This document shows positions 30,289 through 39,878 of a stretch of DNA of 64,000 nt, piece after piece. Position numbers and translations under genes: made by a program. The stretch comes from an uncultured Rhabdochlamydiaceae bacterium (GTDB lineage: Bacteria; Chlamydiota; Chlamydiia; Chlamydiales; Rhabdochlamydiaceae). Numbering within the stretch: position 1 is the first letter of the stretch; every line of letters starts with the position of its first letter. The DNA lies in the NCBI GenBank assembly GCA_963712275.1, contig CAVQHD010000001.1, forward strand, positions 320,001 through 384,000, in the 5' to 3' direction. The notes beneath the pieces are model-generated. The model saw nothing but the letters and a program-made list of their open reading frames with translations. It was not told the DNA's origin and ran no database searches.

Positions 30289-30301
30289 AATTCAGCTTCT
30301 A
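30275..30301. repeat. Internally deleted family C remnant overlapping the 3' end of the 29401-30288 gene
   Basis: AGAAGCTATCTTAAAATTCAG matches AGAAGCTGTCTTAAAACTCAG (23538 onward) with 2 transitions and runs straight into the right terminus CAGCTTCTA. Confidence 0.6.
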
Positions 30302-30314
30302 AAGGAATCCGATA

Positions 30315-31706
30315 GTGTCAAGAACAGTCAGTGTCTTTACTCTCGCCATGATCAATGTGGCTGCTGTCAGCAGTGTGCGGAATTGGCCTACAATTGCTGA
30401 ATACGGTTTTGCTTCTCTTTTTTTCTTTGCCCTTGCCGCTATTCTTTTTTTCATTCCTGTCTCAATGGTTTCCGCAGAACTGGCGACGGGATGGCCTAAA
30501 ACCGGCGGTGTGTTTGCATGGGTCAAAGAGGCGTTTGGGCATCGAACGGGATTTCTAGCTGTGTGGCTTTTGTGGGCTGAAAATGTGATTTATTACCCTG
30601 CCCTTTTATCTTTTATCTCGGGGACCATTGCTTATATCATAAATCCAACGCTTGCCTCTAATCCCTTCTACACATTAGCCCTTGTCATTGGTATTTTTTG
30701 GGCAACAACCTTTGCGAATCTCCTTGGGATGAAAGCCTCTGGATGGATCAGCACATTTGGAGTTATCGGAGGAACAATTATTCCAGGAGGGCTGATTATT
30801 TTACTTGGAATTCTCTGGATCTTCTCAGGAGCCCCAACTCAAATCTCCTTCACTTTCGACAGCTTTATCCCCGATATGAGCTCTCCTTCTCAGCTCGTTT
30901 TCTTCTCGGGAGTTTTGCTAGCTCTTGGAGGGTTAGAGATGTCGGCAGTCCATGCGCGTGAAGTGCAAAATCCTCAAAAAAATTATCCCAGAGCGATTTT
31001 ACTCTCTGCCCTTCTGATTTTTGGGCTCTATGTTTTGGGAGTGCTGGCCATTGCGGTCGTGATCCCTGAAAACCAAATCAGCCTCGTCGCAGGCTCACTT
31101 CAAGCCTTTTCTGTATTCGTAAGCGCGTATAACTTAAATTGGCTGACCCCGCTCATTGCGATTTTACTTTCTTTGGGAGCCTTTGGAACTTTAAGCACCT
31201 GGATCGCAGGCCCAAGCAAAGGACTTCTCGGAGCTGCTCAAAGTGGAGATCTCCCTCCTTTTTTTCGAAGACTTAATCGGCATGGAATGCCTGTTACTCT
31301 TTTAATTACCCAGGCTATTATCGTTACCTTGTTCTCTCTTGTCTTTCTCATCATGCCCACCGTAAGCTCTGCCTACTGGATCTTGAATGCCATGATCGCT
31401 CAGCTCTACCTTGTGATGTATGTTCTAATGTTCGCAGCAGCAATTAAGCTGCGCTATAAACGCCCTGAGGTTGAAAGAGCTTATAAAATTCCCGGCGGCA
31501 TTGTGGGGATGTGGTGCGTAGCTGGGCTTGGACTCATCGGTTCGATAGCCACTTTTTTCATCGGCTTTTTTCCCCCAGCGCAAATCCTCACAGGGAACAC
31601 GATCTTCTACGTCACATTCCTAGCCTTGAGTGTCATTTTAGCGTGCCTAGCCCCTTCGATCATTCTCCGGTTTAAAAAACCGGAGTGGACGCATTTAGAA
31701 AGATAA
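30315..31706 (+). CDS. APC-family amino acid permease/antiporter (GadC/XasA-like)
   Basis: SVRNWP, AELATGWPKTGGVFAWV, GLEMSAVH, NPQKNYP; about 12 TM segments. Confidence 0.88.
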   Translation: MSRTVSVFTLAMINVAAVSSVRNWPTIAEYGFASLFFFALAAILFFIPVSMVSAELATGWPKTGGVFAWVKEAFGHRTGFLAVWLLWAENVIYYPALLSFISGTIAYIINPTLASNPFYTLALVIGIFWATTFANLLGMKASGWISTFGVIGGTIIPGGLIILLGILWIFSGAPTQISFTFDSFIPDMSSPSQLVFFSGVLLALGGLEMSAVHAREVQNPQKNYPRAILLSALLIFGLYVLGVLAIAVVIPENQISLVAGSLQAFSVFVSAYNLNWLTPLIAILLSLGAFGTLSTWIAGPSKGLLGAAQSGDLPPFFRRLNRHGMPVTLLITQAIIVTLFSLVFLIMPTVSSAYWILNAMIAQLYLVMYVLMFAAAIKLRYKRPEVERAYKIPGGIVGMWCVAGLGLIGSIATFFIGFFPPAQILTGNTIFYVTFLALSVILACLAPSIILRFKKPEWTHLER

Positions 31707-31707
31707 C

Positions 31708-33255
31708 CTACTCCAGCTCCCAGCCGCCGCCGAGGGCTTTATAGAGAGAAACGAGATTGAGAAGAGAGGCTGTGTCGCTACTCAGAAGCTGCTGCTCAGA
31801 GTTGTTGAGCTGCCGCTCGGTATCAAGAAGGTTGAGGAGACTGACAAGCCCTGTTCGGTGCCGCGCCTTGCTTAAAAAAACGAGATTGTGATAGCTGCTA
31901 GTTGCTTCCTTTCTTTCCTTGACAGTAGCAAGGCTTTGAGAGTAAGCCATGATGGCGCTTTCGGTCTCTTCAAGGGCGCTTAAAACCGTTTGTTGATAGG
32001 TGTGGGCAGTCGCTGCCGTCTCGGCTCGTTTTGCTTTTAAGTTGCCCATGAGGCGGCCTCCTTCAAAGACTGGCATATTAATATCCCCTCCAAGAGCCCA
32101 GGTTCGGCTGCCTAAAGAAAAGAGGTTTTTGACCATGAGCGACTGAAAGCCTCCGTCTCCAATGAGCGTGATCGTTGGGAAAAAGGAAGCGACGGCAACT
32201 CCGATATTGGCAGTTGCTGCCGCTAAATTCCGCTCCACTCTTCGAATATCGGGTCTTCGACGGAGTAGATCGGATCTTAACCCGATGGCAACCGCTTCCG
32301 GCACTTTGGGTAAAGGACTGTAGGGTAAAAGTTCGTGGGTGAGGGTTTCAGGAACCTCGCCAACGAGGACAGAGAGCGCATAGATAGCGCGATAAATCTG
32401 CGCCTTCACATCGGGAAGGATCGCCCGTTCACTTGCAAGATCTGCCTGAATATTTTCATAGTCAAGACGGCTGACATATCCTGCCTGGAGCTGCTTGTAG
32501 ATAATCGCCTCTTTTTGTTCTAAAAGATGGATATTTTCCTCTACTAGCTGAAACTGCCTTTGAAAACTTCTGACCTCCATGTAATTGCGGGCAATCTCTG
32601 CCATCACAGAAATGAGGGTATCATTTCTTGCTTCAATCGCACTTCCCACAATCGCATTGGCCGCTTCAACAGCCCTACGGGTTTTTCCAAAGAGGTCAAT
32701 CTCCCACGATGCGTCAAAGAGGGCGTTATAGAGGTTTTGAATTTGGGGAACCTGCGCCTGAAAGGGGAGGCCGGAGACTGTCGATACAGTGCCGGGAACA
32801 CTGCCAGTACTAGGCCCAATGGCAAAAACGGGGCCATTTTTACTAAAGTAGGTTTTCGTGGCATTGACATCGGCCCCGATTTGTGGAAAGAAGGAGGAGG
32901 CTGCAACTTGCCTCAAGGCACGGGCTTGCAAGATATGAGACTCAGCAGTTAGGACATCGTTATTGTACTCGGCTGCCTTTTCGATGTATTTGGTGAGGAG
33001 CGGCTCATCAAACACCTTCCACCACTTGAGCTCTGGAGCCTCGTTTGAAAGCATCTTTGGATGTACCGCCCACGCATCCGACACCGTATTTTCAGGAGGT
33101 TGGTAGTTGGGACCAACAGCGCACCCCGTAAGAAATAAAGTGAGAGCCAGTTGCAAAACTCGCTTTGGGATGCAAATTCGATGGTTTTCTTGCTGATTCG
33201 GTTTTGTCGCAAGTTGACATATTTGCAACTGGCTCGTGAGTAAGATTTTTCTCAT
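31708..33255 (-). CDS. Efflux outer-membrane factor lipoprotein (NodT/OprM family)
   Basis: Lipobox LTGC followed by AVGPNY; SWEIDLFG, LLRRRPDI, SLYKALGGGW. Confidence 0.92.
   Translation of the reverse strand: MRKILLTSQLQICQLATKPNQQENHRICIPKRVLQLALTLFLTGCAVGPNYQPPENTVSDAWAVHPKMLSNEAPELKWWKVFDEPLLTKYIEKAAEYNNDVLTAESHILQARALRQVAASSFFPQIGADVNATKTYFSKNGPVFAIGPSTGSVPGTVSTVSGLPFQAQVPQIQNLYNALFDASWEIDLFGKTRRAVEAANAIVGSAIEARNDTLISVMAEIARNYMEVRSFQRQFQLVEENIHLLEQKEAIIYKQLQAGYVSRLDYENIQADLASERAILPDVKAQIYRAIYALSVLVGEVPETLTHELLPYSPLPKVPEAVAIGLRSDLLRRRPDIRRVERNLAAATANIGVAVASFFPTITLIGDGGFQSLMVKNLFSLGSRTWALGGDINMPVFEGGRLMGNLKAKRAETAATAHTYQQTVLSALEETESAIMAYSQSLATVKERKEATSSYHNLVFLSKARHRTGLVSLLNLLDTERQLNNSEQQLLSSDTASLLNLVSLYKALGGGWELE
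33144..33235. repeat. Family A element inserted in frame in the efflux lipoprotein signal peptide
   Basis: GAGCCAGTTGCAAA (33144-57) / TTTGCAACTGGCTC (33222-35); GTGAG repeated at 33140-44 and 33236-40, 96 bp apart. Confidence 0.88.
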
Positions 33256-34361
33256 TCGAGTCTCCTACGAAAAAATGCATCGGCGCCGAGGATATTAAAT
33301 AGACTAATCACGATCAGCGGCCACATGTTGTGCAGAACCATTTTTGCCGGCATGGCCTTTAGGAAAAGCCCTTTTGAAATCACCAACATATATTTTAACG
33401 GAATCAGGTAGGTGAAAGGCTGGAGCCACGTGGGCATATTTTCAATAGGTGTTGCAAACCCCGACATCAATACCGATGGCATCATGAAGACAAAGGTGCC
33501 AAGCATTGCTTGCTGTTGAGTTGAAGCAAGTGAAGAGATAAACAGGCCAATACCGCTAATGGAGCAGACAAAGACAAAAAGACTGAGCATATAGAGCAGT
33601 AAAGAACCCGTGAAGGGAACTCCCAAGATTAAGGTCCCGACGGCGAGCATGAAGGCCCCTTCCAAAAATCCAATGATGATACCGGGAATAATTTTCCCAA
33701 TCAAAATTTCAATCGGCACAAGAGGCGAGACAAGGAGTTGATCAAAGGTCCCGAGCTCTCTTTCACGCGCAACCGACTGGGTTGTGACCACCAAACAGGT
33801 GAGCATCGATAAAACGCCGACAAGACAAGGGATATTATACCAAAAATAAAGGGTGTTCGGATTGAACCACGTGCGAGGCACTAAATCGACATTTTGAATT
33901 TTAAGCTCTGCTGCAGCCGTGTAGTCATTATTAAATTGATCGATGATTTGACTCGTGTAGCCAGCCACGATTTGGGCTGTATTCGATTTTCGTCCATCGA
34001 AAATCAACTGGACAATCGCTGGGTTTCCAGCGTCTAGGTTGCGAGAGAACTGTTCATCGATTGAAACCACCATGACCCCTTTTTGAAGATCGACGAAAGG
34101 GGCTATCTCTTCGACGCCTTTCAAAAAAATAATCCGCTGGTTAAAGATCTTGGCTCCATAAAATCTTTCTACAAGCTCAAACCCTTGCTCTCCATTATCC
34201 CGATTGAGAATTCCAATCGGAACATTTTTTACATCGAGCGTTGCGGCAAACGTAAAGATGAATAGCTGAATAATCGGAGGGAGCAAAATCGAAATTCGAA
34301 CCTTCCGATCTCTCAAAACCATCAAAAGTTCTTTCCAAATCAGAGCGGCAATCCGTTTCAA
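33252..34361 (-). CDS. ABC-2 permease (YbhR-like)
   Basis: SVARERELGTFDQLLVSP, SGFATPIENMP motifs. Confidence 0.88.
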   Translation of the reverse strand: MKRIAALIWKELLMVLRDRKVRISILLPPIIQLFIFTFAATLDVKNVPIGILNRDNGEQGFELVERFYGAKIFNQRIIFLKGVEEIAPFVDLQKGVMVVSIDEQFSRNLDAGNPAIVQLIFDGRKSNTAQIVAGYTSQIIDQFNNDYTAAAELKIQNVDLVPRTWFNPNTLYFWYNIPCLVGVLSMLTCLVVTTQSVARERELGTFDQLLVSPLVPIEILIGKIIPGIIIGFLEGAFMLAVGTLILGVPFTGSLLLYMLSLFVFVCSISGIGLFISSLASTQQQAMLGTFVFMMPSVLMSGFATPIENMPTWLQPFTYLIPLKYMLVISKGLFLKAMPAKMVLHNMWPLIVISLFNILGADAFFRRRLE

Positions 34362-35518
34362 TCTAACCTCTTCACCGTTTTAAATGCTGTAATGACAAAA
34401 AAGATGAGTCCGATTGTTGCAATTGCAGCCATGTCCAAAAGTACCAGTTTCCAGACATTGCCCACGAGAAAAAGGGTTTGAAGGCTTTGGACAAAATACT
34501 TGGCCGGAACGATGTACGTTAAAACTTGGATCCAGGGAGGCATGCTGTGAATTTCAAAGAGAAACCCCGACAAGATATACGCAGGCAAAAAAGCGACGAT
34601 CAGCGTAATTTGATAAGCAAAAATCTGGTTTTTAGTAAGCGTCGAAATCATAAGCCCAAGCCCTAAAGAACACCCTAAAAAGACGGCTGATGCAAGAGTG
34701 AGCAGCCAGAGAGAGCCGCGAAGCGGCAGGTCATAGATGAAGACTGAAATAAAAACACAGAGCGCCATTGATACCATCCCAAGGATGAAATAAGGAACAA
34801 CCTTTCCAACCACAAGCTCCCAGATTCCTACTGTCGTCGACATCATTGCTTCCATCGTTCCCCGCTCCCATTCTCTTGCAACGACAAGAGCTGTTAAAAG
34901 AGCGCCGATAAGAGTCATAATAATGGCAAGAGATCCCGACAGCAGAAAAAAGCGGCTCTCAAGCTGCTCGTTATACCAGTAACGGGGCGCGGTGCGAATC
35001 AAGGGAATATTTTTTGAAAACCCTGTTGTGATCGCCTCCTGCGTGAGCCAATTTTGAAATACCCCCAGGGCATAGTTTTGCACAAAGTTGGCGGTATTCG
35101 TCTCGCTTCCATCGGCGATCACCTGAATAGGGGCGATGACATCAGGACGGCTCCGATATTGGGTAAAATAGGAAGGAATGACAAAGATCCCTCGAAGAGA
35201 TCCACGGATGAGATCATCGACAAGCTCCCGTCTGTCGCGCGCAACTTTTACCTCAAAATACCTCGAATCGGTAAGCGCCTGAGCAAACCCTTGCGCATCA
35301 GGAGCTGTATCTTCTAAAACAAGCCCCACTCTCAGGTGATTTAAATCGAGAGAGACTCCATATCCATATAAAAACATCAAGAGAAGAGGAAGAAAGACCG
35401 TGATCAAAAGCGTGCTAGGGTCTCGGATAATTTGAAGAAATTCTTTCCTCATCACCGCTCTTAAACGGCGCGCTCGCCCTTCTCGAACTTCGAGAAGGAG
35501 CTCATGGATTTGCGGCAT
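34358..35518 (-). CDS. ABC-2 permease (YbhS-like)
   Basis: KEFLQIIRDPS, VAREWERGTMEA motifs. Confidence 0.88.
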   Translation of the reverse strand: MPQIHELLLEVREGRARRLRAVMRKEFLQIIRDPSTLLITVFLPLLLMFLYGYGVSLDLNHLRVGLVLEDTAPDAQGFAQALTDSRYFEVKVARDRRELVDDLIRGSLRGIFVIPSYFTQYRSRPDVIAPIQVIADGSETNTANFVQNYALGVFQNWLTQEAITTGFSKNIPLIRTAPRYWYNEQLESRFFLLSGSLAIIMTLIGALLTALVVAREWERGTMEAMMSTTVGIWELVVGKVVPYFILGMVSMALCVFISVFIYDLPLRGSLWLLTLASAVFLGCSLGLGLMISTLTKNQIFAYQITLIVAFLPAYILSGFLFEIHSMPPWIQVLTYIVPAKYFVQSLQTLFLVGNVWKLVLLDMAAIATIGLIFFVITAFKTVKRLD

Positions 35519-37208
35519 CGTATTTTTCTATCATTTGTACAAATGCATCTTCGAGAGTTGGATTTGGGTTTTGAGGCGATTTTACCCTGTCTTTAAGAGC
35601 ATCCGGAGTATCCATATTGATGATTTTTCCTCGATAAACAAGAGCGACTCGATCGCAGTATTCGGCTTCATCCATGAAATGGGTCGTCACCATAATGGTC
35701 ACTCCTTTACCAACAAGGCCATTGATGTGGTTCCAAAATTCACGTCGCGTGATCGGGTCGACGCCTGAAGTCGGCTCATCGAGAAAAAGCACTCTAGGGT
35801 GGTGCATGTTAGCGCACGCTAAAGCAAGCCGCTGCTTATAACCTAGGGGAAGCATCTCTGCAGTCATCGACAGATAAGGCGTTAAGCCAAAGATTGCAAT
35901 CATTTCATCAATTGCCTCCCACTTCAACCGATTGACGAGATTGTAAATTCCTGCAAAAAAATCAAGATTTTGAGCAACGCTTAAATTCCCATAGAGAGAA
36001 AACTTTTGAGCCATATAGCCGATGTGAGATCTAGCGACAGCACGCGCACTGAGGAGATCGACTCCACTCACAAAAGCCTCTCCCGTTGTAGGGCGAAGAA
36101 GGCCGCACAACATTTTAAATGTGGTCGTCTTCCCAGCACCGTTGGGCCCTAAAAGCCCAAAGATCTCCCCTTTCTTCACTTCAATCGAGATCTTTTCTGC
36201 TGCCGTAAACGATCCAAATTTTTTCGTCAGCTGCTGTGCCAAGATCACGGTTCCTCCGTCATCCTTAATAAATGGCGTTTTTTCAGCGAGCTCCGATTCC
36301 CCTCCAGGGCCTCCTCCTAAAATATCGATAAAGGCATCTTCAAATCTGGGCTGCACCTTCTCCAAGTTCCACTCTTTGGAGGGAGCCTCTCCTTTCCTCA
36401 AGACAATGCGCAGATCGCGCCCTTGAATGACCCCATCCATCACGCTTTTTTCTTTTAATACATCAAATAAAAGCTTCCGTCGATCCCCTTGGATCTGCGT
36501 AATTTTAAAAGTGCGCCCGGAGACACGCTCCGTCAGCTGCTTCGGATTTCCGCAGAATAGCAAAGACCCTTCGTTCAATAACAGAACCGTATGGCACCGC
36601 TCCGCCTCATCTAAATAGGCCGTGCTCCACATAACTGAAATCCCTTCTTCAATCAGATTATAGACCATTGCCCACAGCTCACGCCTAGAGATAGGATCAA
36701 CTCCCACACTCGGCTCGTCTAAGAGAAGGAGCGCAGGTTTTTTGACGAGCGCGCATGCAAGCCCAAGCTTTTGTTTCATCCCTCCTGAGAGCGCTTTGGC
36801 AAACCGATCTGTAAACGAAGTAAGTGCTGTAAATTTTAAAAGCTTTTCAAAAGTCTTCTTCCGCTCCTCTCCTAAAACACCCCTCAGATCGGCGTAGAGG
36901 TTTAAGTTTTGAAGCACCGTCAGATCTTCATAGAGCCCAAATTTTTGGGGCATGTATCCTATGAGATAGTGAATAAAATTGCTATCCCGAATTGTGTCAT
37001 ACCCCTCAATGGTAATTGACCCTTGAGTTGGTTTTAACAACCCCGCAAGAAGACGGATAAGCGTTGTTTTTCCAGCTCCGTCAGGGCCGACAAGTCCAAT
37101 GATCTGCCCCCTTGGAATGGTCGCATGGATCTCTTTAAGCGCCGGCGGCCGGTCCAATGAAAACCGTTTGGAGAGATTCTGAATTGTTGCCAGCGCTTCA
37201 TCTGCCAT
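35502..37208 (-). CDS. Tandem ABC ATP-binding protein (YbhF-like)
   Basis: Two nucleotide-binding domains: GPDGAGKT/LSGGMKQ/LLDEP and GPNGAGKT/FLDEPTSGVDP. Confidence 0.92.
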   Translation of the reverse strand: MADEALATIQNLSKRFSLDRPPALKEIHATIPRGQIIGLVGPDGAGKTTLIRLLAGLLKPTQGSITIEGYDTIRDSNFIHYLIGYMPQKFGLYEDLTVLQNLNLYADLRGVLGEERKKTFEKLLKFTALTSFTDRFAKALSGGMKQKLGLACALVKKPALLLLDEPSVGVDPISRRELWAMVYNLIEEGISVMWSTAYLDEAERCHTVLLLNEGSLLFCGNPKQLTERVSGRTFKITQIQGDRRKLLFDVLKEKSVMDGVIQGRDLRIVLRKGEAPSKEWNLEKVQPRFEDAFIDILGGGPGGESELAEKTPFIKDDGGTVILAQQLTKKFGSFTAAEKISIEVKKGEIFGLLGPNGAGKTTTFKMLCGLLRPTTGEAFVSGVDLLSARAVARSHIGYMAQKFSLYGNLSVAQNLDFFAGIYNLVNRLKWEAIDEMIAIFGLTPYLSMTAEMLPLGYKQRLALACANMHHPRVLFLDEPTSGVDPITRREFWNHINGLVGKGVTIMVTTHFMDEAEYCDRVALVYRGKIINMDTPDALKDRVKSPQNPNPTLEDAFVQMIEKYDAANP

Positions 37209-38049
37209 TAGGGCTCTTAAATAACCTCAGTTTCACCGTCACAGGCATCCCCTGAACAAGTCCCCGATCTGGATTATCAGCATAAATGCGTAGCCGGTAC
37301 ACAAGATCGGTTCTCAGCTGGGCAGTTTCAACTGTTTTAGGGGTGAATTCAGCGACAGGAGAAATGAAGCCAACAGTCCCCGAATAGACAGTCCCATTTT
37401 TAATGTCGGTATAAATTTCAGCCGGCATTCCATAATAAACTTGCCCTAGGTACGGCTCATCCACAAACGCTCGAATCCAGACCGGTGAGCTGACAGAGAG
37501 AGTATAAACAGGGTCGGCAGGATTGACGACTGTTCCAGGCTCCCGGATCCGTGTTAAAATCACCCCGTCCGTTGGCGCATACGCTTGCGTATAAGCCATG
37601 TTATCTTGAGCTACGACCACAGCTGCTTCTGCCTGTAGAAGATTGGCAACTAGCTCGTCCCGATTTGCCCGCGCGTTATCCAGATCCTCCTGAGAAACAC
37701 CCCCAATTCCAATGAGCTCCAGCCGCCTTTGCAATAAAACTTCGGCGTTGCTCAGATTCACTTTGATCGCTTCGACACTTGCAATTGCTTCACGGAGCTG
37801 GCTGTCATAAGGCGTTTGATTCAAGGTCGTCATGAGCGCCCCCGCCTCAACCCGATCCCCTTCTTCGAAAAAGAGCTCCTGCACTTGCCCCGTCACCCGA
37901 AACCCAATGTCGACCTGCCGCACATCGACATTTCCATAGAGGGTGAGTTCATTCGGATTTTCTTTCTCCTGAAATACCACCGTCATCAGCACAACAATTA
38001 CCGCGAGCAAAATTGTCATAATCACAGAGATGGTAATGTTTCGCTTCAT
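37198..38049 (-). CDS. HlyD-family membrane fusion protein (YbhG-like)
   Basis: LYGNVDVRQV, SPVAEFTPKTVET...LVYRLR; likely ATG at 38049 with AGGAGA RBS. Confidence 0.88.
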   Translation of the reverse strand: MKRNITISVIMTILLAVIVVLMTVVFQEKENPNELTLYGNVDVRQVDIGFRVTGQVQELFFEEGDRVEAGALMTTLNQTPYDSQLREAIASVEAIKVNLSNAEVLLQRRLELIGIGGVSQEDLDNARANRDELVANLLQAEAAVVVAQDNMAYTQAYAPTDGVILTRIREPGTVVNPADPVYTLSVSSPVWIRAFVDEPYLGQVYYGMPAEIYTDIKNGTVYSGTVGFISPVAEFTPKTVETAQLRTDLVYRLRIYADNPDRGLVQGMPVTVKLRLFKSPNGR

Positions 38050-38211
38050 TCTCCTACGTTTATATATATATAAAAAAAATTTCAATCAGGAACTTGTTAG
38101 TGGGAAAAGACTAAGAGTCTGCCTTTTTAAAATATGAATTACCTTGTAAAAGGTGCAAGTTCTGCATAAAAGAACCCCCTAAAATGTGCATTTATTGCAC
38201 AAAACACTACC

Positions 38212-38484
38212 CTATTTTTTAAACTTTGCCCGAATCATGACTCGTTTGCCTTCAAAGGCAAGACCGAGATACAAAATGCAAGTCACGCCTTGATCAAGGA
38301 GCTCCTGCGCATAATGCTTGTCCTCAATCTGCTTGAGTGCGGAAGCAACAGCCATTTCTAAATTGGTCTCCTCAAAACGGCCAACTTTTTTGAACTCTAG
38401 GATAATCCCCAATTCTTTAGGGTCTTTAGGAATGAGCATGACATCATATCGGCCATAACCGCTTTCACGATTAGACTTCACCAC
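38212..38484 (-). pseudogene. C-terminal fragment of an AAA-ATPase-like / PD-(D/E)XK nuclease protein
   Basis: SNRESGYGRYDVMLIPK...ILEFKK...ALKQIEDKHY; only the last ~90 aa present. Confidence 0.75.
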
Positions 38485-38693
38485 ATTTTAATCGTCGTCG
38501 ATTTCCCGGCGCCATTAGGTCCGATAAAAGCAACCCGCTCACCGCTTTTCACTTGAAATGACAGATTTCGAATCGCTAAAACTTCATGTTTCCGAGCGCA
38601 AAACAGCCCTTTGAATGTCCCCCAAATGCCCGGAAATGTCTCATTAGCGATAAAGGTTTTTGAAAGCTGATCGATTTCGATGGCCTTATCCAT
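38478..38693 (-). pseudogene. N-terminal fragment of an ABC ATP-binding protein, truncated just after Walker A
   Basis: [13 protein letters not shown] then W-stop; RBS GAGGA upstream. Confidence 0.78.
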
Positions 38694-38814
38694 AGCATCC
38701 TCTTAGAGACTAATCGTGAACGGACAAATAATTTAACAAAACGATGAGTTTAATTCTATTGAAAATATTACGAGCATTTGCTGAAAATGGATGCAAGAGA
38801 TTTAGGAGCTTAAT

Positions 38815-39285
38815 ATGTTAAGCCAGAGTGCACAGAGTGTACAAGATGCACTGTCAAAAAAAGGTCTTGAAGCTAAGGTCGTTGAGTTGCCTGCAAGCAC
38901 ACGTACAGCAGAAGATGCAGCTAAGACAATTGGGTGTCAAGTTGCACAAATTATTAAATCTCTCATCTTTCGCACAAAGCATACCAACAAAGCCATTCTC
39001 GTTCTTGTAAGCGGGATCAATCGCGTTAACGAAAAAACGGTTGCTAGTCAAGCTGGCGAAGAGATTGTCAAAGCAGATGCAGATTTCACTCGAGAGGTAA
39101 CAGGATTTGCCATTGGGGGCATTCCACCTACTGGGCACAAACAGAAAATTGAAACCTATGTTGATGAAGATCTACTTCAGCACGAGGAATTATGGGCGGC
39201 AGCTGGAACTCCAAATGCTGTTTTCAGCTTGAATTCTGCAGTGATTGAAAGCCTTACGGGAGGTAAGGTCATCTCCATTAAATGA
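38815..39285 (+). CDS. YbaK/EbsC family aminoacyl-tRNA deacylase
   Basis: QIIKSLIF, TGFAIGGIPP, WAAAGTPN motifs. Confidence 0.9.
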   Translation: MLSQSAQSVQDALSKKGLEAKVVELPASTRTAEDAAKTIGCQVAQIIKSLIFRTKHTNKAILVLVSGINRVNEKTVASQAGEEIVKADADFTREVTGFAIGGIPPTGHKQKIETYVDEDLLQHEELWAAAGTPNAVFSLNSAVIESLTGGKVISIK

Positions 39286-39767
39286 AAATTGTCGTAAGCT
39301 CAGACGAGTACTCGCCCTTGATCGATCTTCTTCTGTCAGAAGTTAAACAGAGAGGACATACGGTCTCCTATTTGGGCCCCAGTCAAGATGAGAAAGCTTT
39401 AGATTGGCCAGAAGTGACCCTTAGAGCCATTGAACAAATCCGAAAGGGAGAAGCGGATGAAGGGATTATTCTTTGTTGGACAGGCACAGGGTGCACCCTG
39501 ATTGCCAATAAAGTGCCCGGTATTCGGGCTGCCCTATGTGCCGACGCCGAAACAGCAAAAGGAGCGCGCATTTGGAACCATGCGAATGTACTGGGACTCA
39601 GCCTGCGACTGACCTCCGCAGCCACGCTCAAAGAAATTTTAACTGCTTGGTTTGAGACCCCCTATAGCGCTGACGACTGGAATCTTTTACAAATCGAGCG
39701 GATAAAAAACATCGAAACATCTTACCAATTGTGCGAACAAGTAAAAACAGGAGAAATTGGCAAATGA
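39282..39767 (+). CDS. RpiB/LacA/LacB family sugar-phosphate isomerase
   Basis: GIILCWTGTG, ANKVPGIRAALC, WNHANVL motifs. Confidence 0.88.
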   Translation: MKIVVSSDEYSPLIDLLLSEVKQRGHTVSYLGPSQDEKALDWPEVTLRAIEQIRKGEADEGIILCWTGTGCTLIANKVPGIRAALCADAETAKGARIWNHANVLGLSLRLTSAATLKEILTAWFETPYSADDWNLLQIERIKNIETSYQLCEQVKTGEIGK

Positions 39768-39769
39768 GT

Positions 39770-39871
39770 TCAACATATAGATTCTCTGGCAAGAGCAAGA
39801 GTACGCACCCCTAATTGAGAAAGATCTTTTTTATGCCGTTGTAAAGTTCTCTTAATTTTTTTTAATAACAT
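39770..39871 (-). pseudogene. Possible N-terminal remnant of a minimal nucleotidyltransferase (MNT) antitoxin
   Basis: MLLKKIKRTLQRHKKDLSQLGVRTLAL resembles MNT N-termini, but the following FGS and DxD motifs are missing. Confidence 0.4.
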
Positions 39872-39878
39872 ATTCACC

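Noticed and set aside
38153..38200. Two GTGCA-N5-TGCA(C/T) palindromes upstream of the HlyD gene
   Set aside because: Too short to separate from chance, and no regulator in the window
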